DNA of 64,000 nucleotides, taken from positions 74,400,001 to 74,464,000 of the forward strand of contig CM060731.1 in assembly GCA_030704615.1 (NCBI GenBank), written 5' to 3'. Each line of letters starts with the position of its first letter. Within the stretch, counting starts at the first letter, position 1. The position numbers were made by a program, and so were the translations under genes. Shown one piece after another: positions 49,236-63,363 of the stretch. The notes beneath the pieces are model-generated. The model was not told the origin of the DNA. It saw only the letters and a program-made list of their open reading frames with translations, and did not search any database. The DNA is from Takakia lepidozioides (taxonomy: Eukaryota > Plantae > Bryophyta).

Positions 49236-52200
49236 CTGTCCTAATTATGGGTTTGGGTGGTGGAGCTTGTCCAAAGCTTGAAGATGGAAGAGCTTGATGA
49301 GAGGGGCAGCCCTGTGCACAAGTTTGTTTAGCATCTTAAATTTGGACAAATTTGTTTGTTTCTCGTGGTGTGGCTTTGGATGGAGCCCTTGACGAACTTG
49401 CATGAATATTGTCAAAAGCTAGCGTTAACCCCCACCAAGATCCAATCCCATGATGGATACTTGAAAGTTCATATACTGAATGTAAGGGTATTTGGGTATG
49501 TTGATATTGATTGATGCGGCTTGTGAAAATTGAACATTGAAATGCAGATCCACCATTTTTCTTCTAGAAAAAAACAAAACACGGGATCTCTGCATGTAAC
49601 ACCGTGGGGATGACCCACCCCTTTTTTGTGAAAAATTGAACGTAGTTCTCATAATTTGTAGCTAGTAGTGCGGAGCAACATGGTGCCCTAGTCATATACT
49701 ATGGGTATATCCGCCCTAAAGCAGGGCTAGCCTAGTGGTTGCCTTGCCTGTGCACAACCCAGGTGATCTAGGGTTCAAAGTGTCCAGCTTCCCAACGGAA
49801 GGCACTAGGTGAGAGTAGTTGTTCGAGATGAAGAGACACCATTATAAGTTATGCTTCCTTTGGGCGTCATCCCCCTTAGTACATCCAGTGTATCCTCCAA
49901 TTAACCAGTTATTCTACTTCTGGTGATGAGGAGCCCGACCTTGCACCAAACCTAGATTCGGAAGAGCACCAATAGGGATCAACGTAGAGCCGGAACCATT
50001 GTGGTCCTACTGGGTGAGTCATACATTTTAGAAAAACTAGGGAATTGGGGTTTCAGAGCGGGTTCTGGTTCTTGGACCCTCCCTAAGAACTTTGGTGGGC
50101 TTTGGCATAACATGGCCATCTTTTGAGACCTATGTGACTAAGTGGCAAAACCTCTTTAATTCTCTCAAACTCCATAAGATCCTCGATTCAATATTAAGAG
50201 TCCTATGTTAAGAATCTTGGGTTCATTAATCAAATTGTTCGCATATGACATATGACCATACAATAAGACAATTCAATTATATCTGTAATTTCAAATCATA
50301 TCATTGAATATGCCTTCTGTCATGACAAAGATTCCAAATCCATTATGTTCAAACGTAGCAAAGAGATATTTGATCCAAGGGCATGCTCTATTACATCCTT
50401 GCTTGCTGCCATTGAACTACCTTGTACACAAATAGAGTTTAAAAAAATAAAAATAAAATCATAATTACTGCCGGAAAAACAGAAATTCCAAAAAGCCTGT
50501 CGGACCTCTTCTTCAAGATAAAATAATTATTCCGGCAGATGAGTCATATGCATGTTAGACTGACACTAAGACTCATCTTCCATGAAATACTAACTCCGCT
50601 TCTCACCTTCCAATATCACTTTGACCAATCAGTTCCATGTGAATAATTACGAAGCTAAGCACTTAGGGTATGGATGGGGAAGTAAGAGCCCATTTCCATG
50701 TAGACCCGATCCCCTCCAATGACATCATCGTTGGAATGGGTTTGACCAAGGGCCCCACCGTTAACTTGGCGATGGGTCTGTCCATGTAGCCACCCGATCT
50801 CCCAAGATGAGCCGGTTGCGTTGCTGGTATCTTTCTATAGCCAGAGTACGCAATGAAGGGAAAGCCAATAAAAGGTGAGAAGAGAGAGACCTGTTCGGCC
50901 GGTGAAAACCAACCTTCTATAGCCGGTGAAAGTCAAAGATCAGGACCCGATCTCCCAACTTTTAGCTTTTCACGGAGAGTTGGGAGATCGGACCCGAGAT
51001 AGGGTTTGGGTCTGGGTTTTGCACATAGAAGTGCCTGGCGGACGTTCAAAACCCAATCATGACATCATCTTTTGGTTAGGTTTGACTACATGGAAGGACG
51101 TTCTAAGGGCATGGGGGTGGGCCAGGGCCGGGCAGGGGAAGGACCGACAAGTGTCTAGGGCATTGGTGAGCTAGACCAAGGCATGGAATGGGGTGGGCCC
51201 ACATGTGTGGCGAGGAGTCTGGAGCCTAGGGAGGTGCAGGGCGACGACTGAGCCATAGTCATTACGACGTGACTATCAAAAATTTGCAAGTGTGGCTAGA
51301 CTACTTCTAGAACTCTAGTTCTCTTACATTTTTGGAAATATTAGTGATATGAAAGTCAATAATTACTTATTATAGGATGTAGCAAATTTGATACAGGCTT
51401 TAACAAAGGATGTGCATTTAGTGTATGTTTTATCTGGGGAAATTGTAACAAAGACTTTCATTCTTTGGACTCTTTAGGGAGTAGTAGCCAATAAAATTGT
51501 TTAATTTGAAATTACACATATATGACACCAGCCGAAGCTAGCGTAAATAAGAGCCTATTCCCCGTATAGGTACTGGCCCTTTCGGGGGTGGGCTCTATGG
51601 TAACCAAAACCAATTACTAAGCGGCAAGCTGGCCACTTTCAATCTTTCTTTTGTTGACGATAATGGCTGTTAGTGAAGTGATGGCCGTGAAATGTAATGT
51701 TCGTAATGGGGGGCGGTATATTTCCGAGGTAGTTTAAGATTTTCTTTTATGATTAGGCTGTTGTGACAGTGAGCTCCCCCTTTCACACCAGTAGTTACGA
51801 TTGTCAGAGGGGCAGTGTTCCATCCATATTGACGGAGGGCTAGAACGGGGGATGCTTCCGCGTGAGCGCGTGAGCCTAGGCGGGCTCATGCCACGTCATC
51901 AATTATTGCCACGTTGGTTGACGGGTCTGACGCCACGTCAGCCGACCTCGCCAGTGTGTCTGATGCCACATCACGTCATGCCACGTCATTTTCACAGGCA
52001 TGGCCCTATAACCGCGGACCGAACAGGCAAATGGGGGCCTATAGCCGTGGATAGCGCATTTGGCAGATAGGGAACCATGTGTGGGCGACGAGGCGAGGTG
52101 CAGAAGAGAGTTTAGGGTTTGTTGGTGAATGTTGCAGAATGATAGTGTTTGTAGAGACTGAAATGGTTGTGGATGTATTAATGTCCAGGTCATCAGTCTA

Positions 52201-52944
52201 CAATGGTCCTCAGATGATTTAATGCCATGCTAATGTGGTATTTTTACGTTGCTGTCATCAGCGTAGAATGGTTGTGGATGAGTTTATGAGGATGAAGCAG
52301 AGCCAATGTGGATGGGACACTGCTAATATGGATGAACGGGGATGAATAGTTGTGGACAAATGTGGATGAAATACCGTGAATGGATGATAGAGTGGATGAA
52401 TGTTGAGCGAGGATGTCATTCTAACATTTATGAAAACCAAGCACAACGATCAATGTCGTTTGCACAAACATTAGAAATTGTGCCTAAAATCCGTCCTGAA
52501 GCACTTGATAAGATTTAATGAATGTCTGGCATTTGGGGAAATGTAGACAGATGACATCAACGTAGAATAAGACAACACAGCAGATGTGAGAGGATATTTC
52601 ATGCTGCGACTTTGTCCGAGTGCTTACTGCAACATTATGGTGTGCAGCACGCTCTTCTTTAGCTGTCCTCTTCAGTGTCAACACATTACGAGCCATTTCA
52701 GTAGTATACTTCCTGCAACGCACCACCTGACCACGCTAAACATGGTTTGGACTCCAATGCTTATTGCGGCCCCTGCCAATGAGGTAGAAATGTGCACCTG
52801 TATGTTACGAGAGTATTGCAACTTTCATGGTTTTTCATCAGGACCATTATACAACAACATTCAAAATGATTTGGCTCTCGTTTGTGCATGAGGAGGAATT
52901 CCGGATCTTACAACATTGTGTAACAGAAATTGACAAAACGTCTA

Positions 52945-53265
52945 CCTTGTCTTCTTGTTTGACCCATAACCAATGTTAGGCATGAGGATCCCGCCTTTGA
53001 ACTTGCGCTGAAATCAAGAGTCCATACACCATCCACTAGGTGCATTGTCTTCTTGTTTGAACCATAACCAATGTTACGCATCAGGATGCTGCCCTTGAAC
53101 TTGCGTTGAACTACAAATCATCCCCTAGGTGCCTTCTATTCTTGTTTGACCCATGACCAATGTTAGGCATGAGGAGGTTGCCTTTGAACTTGCGTTGGAC
53201 CCAAGAGTCAATACATACATCATCCCCTAGGTGACTTGTCTTCTTTGTTTGACCCATAACCAACC
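52945..53265 (+). repeat. ~90-105-bp tandem repeat, about 3.5 units
   Basis: Recurring ttgtcttcttgtttgacccataaccaatgttaggcatgagg..tttgaacttgcg. Confidence 0.8.
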
Positions 53266-55509
53266 ATTTGTTGTACATTACAATCAAAGCCTACAAGCCA
53301 GGATGTAACTATCCACTGTATGAAGTGCATAGAAGCCACTGTTGTAAATGCATACACGGCACGAAAATGAGAAACCATCTTTTAACGACATTACAACGAA
53401 CATGCACAATTTTTATTACAAAGTTATGGAGGGACACAAAATGTCTAAAACTGTGAACATCTGGAGACCCCCCAAAATGATGAAATTTGCATTTCAGTCA
53501 CTAGAACTATCCCCTGAAATTTGTGCAGTATCATCGACGTAAACCCGAGCTCCGAGGTGCCTGTTGTGCTTTCGAGCACATGGGGGAGATAACATGAAAC
53601 TCTGTTGACGAGCAATGGCCTCCGCGTAGTCGGGTAGGATGTATGAACGTGGAGGGCTGCACCAGAAGTCACTGTGAATAAAAGAGACGTCGACCAAAGG
53701 AATAGCTTCCAATATCCTGCCACCAAAAGAACCACAATTGCATTAGCCACCATTAATGGGAAAGGGGGGGCCATTTTCGCGGGAGAAATCGGATGCTTAC
53801 AGAAAAACAACTTACTCACATGCGAAATCGTCGTCCAAGACTTTGTCGTCCCCTTCGTTGATTTCCACATGCACTATACCCTCCTATTGTTGGGCGGCAG
53901 GTGACGGCGCTTCAAGTTATGGAGGAGGTCATTGAAAATGTCCGCATCCCCCCCTACATACTGCCACAACCATTACCCACATCCAAATGAGAAATATATG
54001 TATTTTTTGTTCTCAACACGGCTAGAAAGTAGGACCCATCTCAATTATTATTGTACGAGAAGAAGGTCTACCTATTACAATGTTGGGCGGTTATTTATGT
54101 AAACAAAGAATAGTCGGTTCCGGTTCAAATTGAATGAGGCATTTGAAAGATCATGCGGAGGCAGTTCTTTACCATTATGGATTTTTTTAGAGAACCTACA
54201 ATTCCGGGTCTTTGACAGTATGGCACATGAGGTAATGAGGCAAAGGTGGTTATCTCAACATGTTATTAGAAAGGTTATAAAGCCCGATTTTCTCAAAGAT
54301 ACCCTGCCCCTTTCCTCCACAACCGGTTATATCTCTTCACAGACAAGTGCAGGGTTTGAAAGAGAACTCCAAAGATCAAGTTGAAAACTGAAAACTCAAC
54401 CAACACCAAATAAAAAATTCTCTCACCTTCCTCATCATAACTTGTGCTTCCAGAACAATCCATATACCATAGCAGAACGTTATTATGCCGACAAATGAAA
54501 GATCTAGTGCATCAACTACTCCATATATTCTCTGAAATGGTGGCGGCGGTTGTGGCATTTTCCAGCATTGATTAACCATACCACATACCACCTAACTGTT
54601 GTACAAATGAAATAACCTGCACAAATCCTCCGGTTATATAAACAGATATGAGTCGGTGTTCATGCAAATAACCTGAACGAGATTCAAAGCTTTTGTTGGA
54701 TCCGGGTGTGGTCTTTCAGAGTTCTTCAAATTAGGTTATGAGGCGGGGGCGGGTACTCGGCCACTTCAGAATAGTTGGTTCCTTTCAGAAGAGGGTCTTT
54801 CACAAAGTTGCCCCCGGCGGTGAAGTGCATATACAACCGGGTTGATACCTGCCGGGGCTTTGTCCTCAATTAACATAACCGCCCAACAGTGGTCTATTAG
54901 ACACACAGACCCAATGATAACCAACATATAGCAACTCAGTCGTAAGGGCACAAACAAAGTCACAATTGGTTGTGGTTCAAACCAGTGTTAGATAGATATA
55001 GAGTCATCAGAATATCAACAGTAGGATATGAACTCGGATATCAAGGTATCTGAACCCGGAACCAACTCATTTTAGGACCCAAGTTAGGTGCATAGTTCCG
55101 GCCTATATGAAAATATGAAAAGCTATCCACTTGGACACCCTTCTTAGTGCCCGGGAGAGGAGCCCTACTTTTATGCAAACATTCATTGAGGTTTGCTTAT
55201 GACCTTGGTGGGAGTCCGGTTGTTGACATTTCTTTTTCTATAGATTTGATCACATATTGGCATCCTTCCATTTGCACTTCTTTTTTGCGTGTATTGTCAT
55301 CCCCATTTTATATATGCCGGCCACGGCATAGCAGTGAGAGAGCGGAGGGCCGTGAGGTGTATGGCTTTGAAGCATTTATGGATGGAAATGATAGGGATTT
55401 AAAGTTATTGTGAAGTTGCTGGCATTGTGGATGCCCCCTCTGGTGCCGACAGTCTTAGTGGGGTCAAGATGCCTTCATTAGCAGTGTCTGATTTTATAAA
55501 TTGTGCCGA

Positions 55510-57450
55510 TGCTGCCAGTTGACCATCTACCCATGCATGTTTGTTGTAGCTATAGAGTCAATATGGAGCTTGAAGCCCGGACCTCTTGGGTGAATCTGCA
55601 CCCACACTCTATCCCTGCTCCTTCAACTATCCATGCCTCTGCACAATTCATGCATATATCATTGCCTTGCTGCTAGCAACTGATGATGACAGCCTAGATT
55701 TGTTCTTACACCCCAACCCTATTTGGAAAAATAGGTTGAAATGTGTTGAGGAAGGTGCCTTCATTAGCATCACCTCATTCTATCAATTCTGCTGCCGCTA
55801 TTGTTTCCACTTGCAACAATTGACCATCTATTCCAGCTGATTTCTTGTAGCTAATGATCCCTCAGCCTGAACCTGAACATGAATCTGGACCTCTATCCTT
55901 GGTCCCTCAGCTATCCCTGCCCGTGTACAGATCATGAATACATCCCTCATCCTTCCTGCTAGCAGCTGACAATGACGGCGTGAAGTTCTTCCAGAAAACA
56001 CCCCAACCTAGGACTTAACAGTAGTTCCAATTCTAAATTGCAATTGCTTCTCTCTGTAGTCGAACAAACACTCACCTTTTTGTCTCCATTGTCCCCCCCC
56101 TGACTGGGGTCGGAAAGTGTTCATCCCAGAGCTTCTCTTCATCTTGTTATCTGTTTTTGGGTACTTTCTTGCTGCCACATCAGCAGTAACTTGTCAAAGT
56201 CACTCCAAACTACCCCACATCCACCCAACGAGTTAACTTACAACATTCAATATGTAAATTCAGGGCTGGATCTGATGAGAGGGCAAAATAGGTTGAAATA
56301 GGTCGAAGAAGAAGGTGCCCTCACCACATTGTCCTCAAAGTTGTGTCATAACCCATGGAGGATTTGACTGACCATGCACCCAAGAGGACCTCTTGTGTGT
56401 GCAAGGTGTGTGCTACTTCCACGGGGAATTGTAGGCGATCTGGAGCTTAAAATCCGGCCATCTTGGATGAATCTGCACCCACACTGCTCCCTGCTCCTTC
56501 AGCTATCCATGCCTCTGCACAAATCATGCATACATCCTTGCCTTGATGCTAGCAGCTGACAATAACACCCTAGAATTGTTCCAGCAAACACCCCAACCCT
56601 ACTTATCACACTAGTTCCTATGCTGAATTGCGTCTGCTACTCTTTGTCATCTAGTAGGCATTCAACTTTTTGCCTCGGTTGTTCCACCATTCACTGGGGT
56701 CAACAAAGTATTCATTCCACACCTTCTCCTCATCTCTGTTATCTGTTTTGGATATTTTTCTATTGCCACATCGGCGATTACTTGTCATATCATTCCAAAC
56801 CACCACAGATCCACCCAACGAGCTAACTTACAGAATTCAATATGCATCTCAGGGCCGAGTCTAATGTGTGTGCAAGCCTGGCAGCCCTGGAGAAGGGCAA
56901 GAGGTGCATAGGGATATCATCAAAGCTGGAATTGTGCCAAATGTCAACACATTTCACCTTGTTTTACCCTCTTATCAGAATCGGCCCTAAATTTCCATGT
57001 TTCATTCTGCAAGTTAGTTGATTGAGTGAATCTAGTTTGGAGTGACTTTGACATGATACTACCAATGTGACAACAAAAAAGTATCAAAAAACAAGTAATA
57101 AGATGAGGATAAGTTTTGGAATGAATACTATTCTGCCCCAGTCAATGATGGGACAACCGAGGCAAAAAGGTGAATGCCTGTTACATTTCATAGACTAGCA
57201 GATGCATTCAGCATAGGAACTAGTGTGAGAAGCTGAGTTGGATGTTTCCTAGAATAAATCTAGGCCGTCATTGTCAGCTACTAGCAGCAAGGCAATGATG
57301 AATGCATGATTTGTGCAGAGGCATGTGTAGCCGAAGGAGCAAAGAGAGTGTGGGTCCAGGTTTATCCAAGAGGGCCAGATTTCAAGCACAAGATTACCTA
57401 TGATTCCCTGTGGATCAATAGCTACAAGAAACCTGCATGGGTAGATGGTC
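55510..57450. pseudogene. Cluster of PDF-motif exon remnants: three on minus (55510-56865) and one on plus (56945-57450) around a PPR fragment
   Basis: 56945-57450 is a direct repeat of ~31980-32480 (PRGPDFKHKITYDSLWINSYKKPAWVDG at ~57365-57450); inverted copies lie to the left; a PPR piece sits at 56865-56945. Confidence 0.72.
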
Positions 57451-58949
57451 TATTCCGTGGGACTCAATCTGTCACTTAGTCTTGCATTATGAGGATCACA
57501 ATTGTTTGACAACTTACTTGCACGAGGCCTTGACCCTTAGGCAATCCCCAGAGCAGTAGTAGCTTTGGGCTTCTTTTTTACTTTGGTTTTTTCATTTTGT
57601 ATCATAAGCTCTTTGAGCTTTCCGCAGATGTAATAAAATACCATTTGTTTCATTACATTTCAATTTCATTTTGCACTGCTGCCACGTGGTAGTCGACCAC
57701 ATAACTTGCAGTGCTACATGCCCAGTGGCAGCCGCGACTGCGGAAGTCGGCGCAACCACTGTTTTACTACTTTATATTAAGTGCTCGAAATTACTTGAAC
57801 AATCACTCATAGTGGTTCATGCTTTGAAGTTTTGGTGTTTGTAATGAGTCGACTAGTACATGCGCATGTAGTGCCATACAAGAGAACTAATCATGTCATT
57901 AGAAATACGAAAACAATGAAAGACATGCCATGAAAGTCGTGGCACCGCCATGTCGGCGTCTACATCGTCGTCCACGTCCACGTCCATATGTCACCGCGCT
58001 CCGGTGAGTCGGTCCACTTATCCGGAGGGAAAAGTCAAAGTCAGCCCAAACGACCAGACACACGGGCAGCCCGCCTGATTACGCCACGTGGTTCAATCGC
58101 AATAATCGCAATAATCGCTGAGCAGTTGTTTGCGCGTTTGCATCCTTTACCACTCCTATCATTGGATGTCCGACCCAACTTCCACGTATGTTGTAACTAG
58201 TCGTTTGTAACTTCCAGTTGATCCCGGTTTTTTTGACTTTTACGACTCAAAATGAGTCGTTACCCCAGTGGTAAATGACACGAATGCTTCTAGTGATGTA
58301 CAGATCGAGATGTATAATCTGTTAGATATTGAATTTAGTTTTGGTACATGCCTTCGGTCCCTATGTAAGATTTGACAAGCGAACATCCAAGAATCACAAG
58401 CTTGATATATACCACTATTAGGCAGAAATGTTAAGGAGGCATGTGCTCTCCCACATTCCTGACCTTGTACTTACCTTCCAAACATTCTTCGAGCATAAAC
58501 CCCGCTGGAGGCCTGATGAACCACCTCCACATTCGTTGTTTTTACAGCCTTTGGACGGCTCATCCAAATTAGAACTAGACGTTGTACATGCACTTTGTCC
58601 AGATCTTTTTTGATTTTTGGATATTGTTCTTCGTTTTTTTGATAGGTGTTGTTCTAATTTGGTTGTGTATTTTTGTTGTTAGTGGGTATGCAAGGTCGAG
58701 AATGGGGATAAAAAACATTGCACGAAGATGATGAAGGAGATGGCGTTGGACAAAGACATAAATCCAGAATATATTAGTAATAAGAGCCTCCCCGTCACAG
58801 TCATTGAGCGATGCAACAAAATGGGCGTGCTCATTGAAGTTGGTATGCAGCTGACAGACCACAAAAGCTCCGAGGCTTATATGTGGTCTAACCAAGATAC
58901 GCAATGAACTTATGATCGCGCTCTCCAAAACATGGTTTCATGTGTGGAA

Positions 58950-59803
58950 TACTACAACAGATCGCGGTATTTATGACTGTATATATGACTATTCTGCAGT
59001 CATAAACGATACATATGACTTCTATGACTGTAAGTCGTGCAGTGCAAACCAAGTGAATACAATGAGTATAGGATAGTACAGTCCGGATGACTACAGTCAG
59101 ATGAACCAAGTGATATCTCTCACTGCAATCATATAGACCATACTGCAGCCGCCGCTGCCGCGCCACATGGCGAGGCGCAATTGATTTAAAAAATTAAATT
59201 AAATAAAAAAAAACTAAAAACTAAAAACATATGTCAGACGCCGCGTCGCACCGCATTGTGCCACGTGGCATAATGCATTTTATAATAATGAAAAAACCAC
59301 GTGGCAGTTCATCTAGGGTACCACGTGCTATCTCTAGCCCGCCTACTAACCCTAGGGCTATCTTATCCATTTGATTATACTTAGAAGAGTTTGAACCTGC
59401 AACCTCTTAACTATAAGAATTATAGTTCACTACCTGTTAACCAACACACCCATTAGTCATTCATAGGATCATATGGTGTTTTAATTGTATTATACACACC
59501 AAATTACAAAATCCCCAGTAGTCATCATGACTATGTAACCTCATTCATGTACACTGCAGTAATGGAAATGACTATGAATGATGAGCTAAATCTGGTCAAT
59601 TGCCGTTGACCAGCCTTCCGCCCATTCCGGAGCCATGTAGTCATACAGACGACTACTTAGATAGTCGTTCATATGACTATAGTCGTATGAACGACTGTGG
59701 GAGGTCAATTTCATATAAAAACATGGTGCAATCATGGTCAAAGTCATGAAAAACCATGACTACCACGGTTTGGCAGTCATAACTACCGCGATCTGTTGTA
59801 GTG
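58950..59803. mobile_element. Short non-autonomous CACTA element (854 bp)
   Basis: TIRs (T)ACTACAACAGATCGCGGTA / TACCGCGATCTGTTGTAGTG, 3-bp TSD GAA, ATGACT/AGTCAT subterminal repeats. Confidence 0.88.
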
Positions 59804-60922
59804 GAAGGAACTAGGGTGACGCCTCATGGGAAGCCGCCCTTAAGTATGAGATTGACGTTCTGAACAAGTGCGGAAAGAGAGTAGAGGGTTGCTATTCCGT
59901 GAGCCTGGAGGTGTGAGCCTGTGAGCCCAGGAGCCCGTGAGCCCATCATAGGCTCACGCCACGTCATCTTTGAATTTCGAACTTACAAGGCATATTTCCG
60001 CGGGAGGCGCCTATTTCCGCGGATTGATTTACCCTTTTCAGTCATTGTAGACGACATCTTTTACATCCATCCCACCCCCGGCCCTCGTGTTATAGCAGTG
60101 ATTTGATTAGTGTGTGATTGCCAAAATGAGAGAGAATGAGTGTGTTGGTTTCATGAAGTTTTCTTACCAGTCCAAGCGTAGTAGCAGCTTACAGTGCATA
60201 TCCCCAGACCCAAAAGTTAGCCGGAGTGGAATTGAGGCTTGGACACGTGAAAATCGCCCACATGGAATAGATTGATTTAGATGTGGTGTACATACTAAGC
60301 CCTTGCATGTTTGGAAATGGATGAATGTCGTTGTGTTTGAATGAAACATTCTCCGGGATGGCCGGGATGAAATTTAATGTATGCGGTTTGACTTGACACA
60401 AACGAATGCACTTCTTATGGACGAATGTTTGTGGATGTGGATGTATAGTTGTCTGCCTAGATGAATGTGTCCACGTCGTGTGTGTATGTACGTATGTAGT
60501 TCCAGCACATGTACGCACCCAATCATGCATATGCAATCATAGAGGAAAACAATCCGATACATGCAAGCAGGTGGACAGGCAGGCAATGAGGGGAGATGGC
60601 GGACGCTACTAGGGTGGAGTCGGAAGTATCTCTAGAGGTGGATTGTTTGAGAGGATCGGATGAAAGTATGTAGGTTCCCACGCAGATACTTGAAATGTGC
60701 GGTACCGCACACTGTTTTCAGGACATCTGCGGTGCATGTTTTCTCATGTTATCGTGACGTCATGCAGATACACCACGTCAGCCAAGCGTGAGCTCAACTC
60801 CCAGGCTCATGGGGCTGGGCTCATGACCTAGCTGCCCTCAAAGTGAGTGTGCATGCATGTGATTCAGTTCTTTATATTTTTTTTAAAAAAATTTGTTTTA
60901 TAATTTTGAATATGATTTTGAT

Positions 60923-61310
60923 CCCCGTGTATTCACCCTATCATACATGGTCTCCGAATAACTAGACATAATCATGCGGTGTGGCACATTCATAAACTTC
61001 TTCTACACCGTACTGAAATTTGGTGGTTCTCACTCATTAACGCCGATACCTACCAAGGCCGACCCCTAGATCACATTGTCCCACCCTGGCTTCTCCCATG
61101 CAATTGCTAACCTCATTTTACCTGTACGTGCCCTACTAGACTATGCCCCGATATCTTGCTCGTCCAAGGCATACCCGTAAGTACCAAATGCCTCATCCCC
61201 AAAGCTCACCATACACTTTATCGAATTCACTTATTGTCATGATCGATACCCCAGCTCCTCCATTCTTGACAAATGACAGAAATATGCTCCGCTCATCCTA
61301 GCTTTAACCT
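60923..61310 (+). mobile_element. Fragment of a non-LTR retrotransposon restriction-like endonuclease (RLE) domain
   Basis: Manual translation: RITRHNHAVW..VPPWLLPC..RLCPDILLVQG..IHFIEFTYCHDRYP..K*QKYAPL (RHN, PD, E, KxxKY motifs). Confidence 0.65.
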
Positions 61311-63363
61311 ATGTAGTTTTGGACAAATGTAGTTTATGTGAGGATAGCCTCCGGTGGTTCAGTATCCGGTTATCAAACAAATCCAAGTTTATATTAATAA
61401 ATTAAAATAACCCAAACTTAAAGATCTAATGTATTGAAAATACTAATAAAAAATAGTTACAATTACTAGGGTAGAACATAGAAGAGTGCTCTCAGGAGAT
61501 TTCTATTGTAGATAATGCAAAAAATGCAAGCAGAAAATGGGCATGCATCACAAAATATGAGATTAAATATGTGTGACCTTCAAATGAAGACAGAGACAGC
61601 TCATGACTATGACCTGTCTGGTCTATGTCGAGTGAACCCGATTGTAAATGCCGGATATATGGGTGCATAACCTGCATCTTTTGGACCACTAGTTTCGGTT
61701 CTAATCAAATATACAAAACCACCGGTTCTAAACCGGATCCAGTTATCCCATCTCTTCATAGCCGACGGTTCTTAACGGAGGCGGATATTTGATTTTTTGA
61801 CCTCCGACAGATCCACATATATATATCTGGGTTGGGCTACGCGGGGGTTTGAGGCTGAATCAAATATCCGAGCAACACTGGTCATGACAAGGAGTGCAGC
61901 TGGAGAGGACACAAATGACAAATGAGCTAGAGGGGTTGTAGGGGACACGCCAGTGCTCTGATCATCGTTCCATACGGGCAAATTGCAGATAATCGGGGAA
62001 TCACGTGAAATCGTGGCTGAATAGGTCACCTCAGCACATTTACGTGCTGGAATGGGTGCGCCGCCTGATTCCCCCTACGGCTCGCCTGGCGGCTTATCCT
62101 GTAGAATCGGCAGGGGCTTGCCCATTCCATGATACGCTATGGTCAGGATGTGGTTTTTCTTACCCTGTTTGCCAGTCTATGTTTTGGCAGAATGTTCAAG
62201 TAGCTCAAGTAGGTCGCTGAATGCTGGAGTACCACTTTTTTAGGCAGTTTTTCTAAATTGACCATAACGCAAAGGAACGGTCAGGGGCCGGCCATTCTGC
62301 CCCATCAGCTGCCTGGCTGTGAATTTCTGGAGAGGCCAGGAAAAAGAGTCCTGAAATATGGCTGACATAGCTTGGGCAAGAGATAGGGAGGAGGCCACTT
62401 GAGAAACCCTAAAAACAATCTTGACAGTCACCTTCTGAGCAGCTGCACACAAGAGCTCTCACAACCCAAACTACCGGGTCATGAAGCACATTTAGCCCAA
62501 GCTCTAGGCCAGGCGCCCCACGATTGTACCAGTAGAGTCCAAGGAATCTGCTGCACACTCATGGGCACCACTAGATTGGGATCCAGCAACTGAAAAACCG
62601 CATGCGTTTAGAATTTGAGAGAGCCCTGTCACAGCCATGGTTCTGCAGCATGCATGGAAAAGACCCAGACACATTCAGATGAATTGGAAATTACAGATTC
62701 CACTGTTTGGTTTGTTTACACTTTTCAGCTAGAAAAACTTTTGAGCCATCAAAAGCTTCATGGCTAGACTCCAATGGTAAAGGTCAGGTTTAATCCTCCT
62801 TTATGCTTTGTAGAAACTGCAAGTAGTGATTGTTAAGTTCCAAACACTCAAATCTCTTGGAGCCTTGTTTCTTCTTGCACATGTGTCAAGTCGATCACCA
62901 TCTGTCTGTGTCTGTAGTAGCAGTGGCAGTGAGCCGGAGTTATTCTGTTTTTCAGTATGGCCAAAACTGTCCAATGATATTCTTGTCTCAAATTACTCCC
63001 TACCTGCTCATTGATCTCCCACACCCTCGCCCTTTCTCTGAGGTTGTAATACATCTCTTTCATTCTGTTTTCTTTGCTCTCTCAATACAGCAGTTGCAAT
63101 GTTGCTTGTGAGTCTAGTTGTGATGGAGTTGCACTGGTGCTCCTCTTTGTCAGGTGAAAGTGAACAAACACCAGGGGAAGCCTGCCCTTGGACAGGCAAC
63201 GAGCCAAAGAAAGACTTCTGATAGCAGACTGATGGAAGAGTTTTTTTCTGAGTCATTATCATATTACACCTAACTTGGAGATTTGTTATCTTGCTGATGT
63301 GGCAACCTCTCGTATCCGATAGACAGATCGGGGCTGTGATTCAAAGTAAGTCCTCACACATAC

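Noticed and set aside
52945-53265. CRISPR-like array (also 46690-47365)
   Set aside because: Whole units repeat with no unique spacers, there are no cas genes, and the context is eukaryotic.
49430-55150. Coding genes or classifiable transposons in this interval
   Set aside because: Only short ORFs without motifs and scattered CCGGTT/GCCACGT repeats; probably decayed TE sequence, but I could not define termini or domains.
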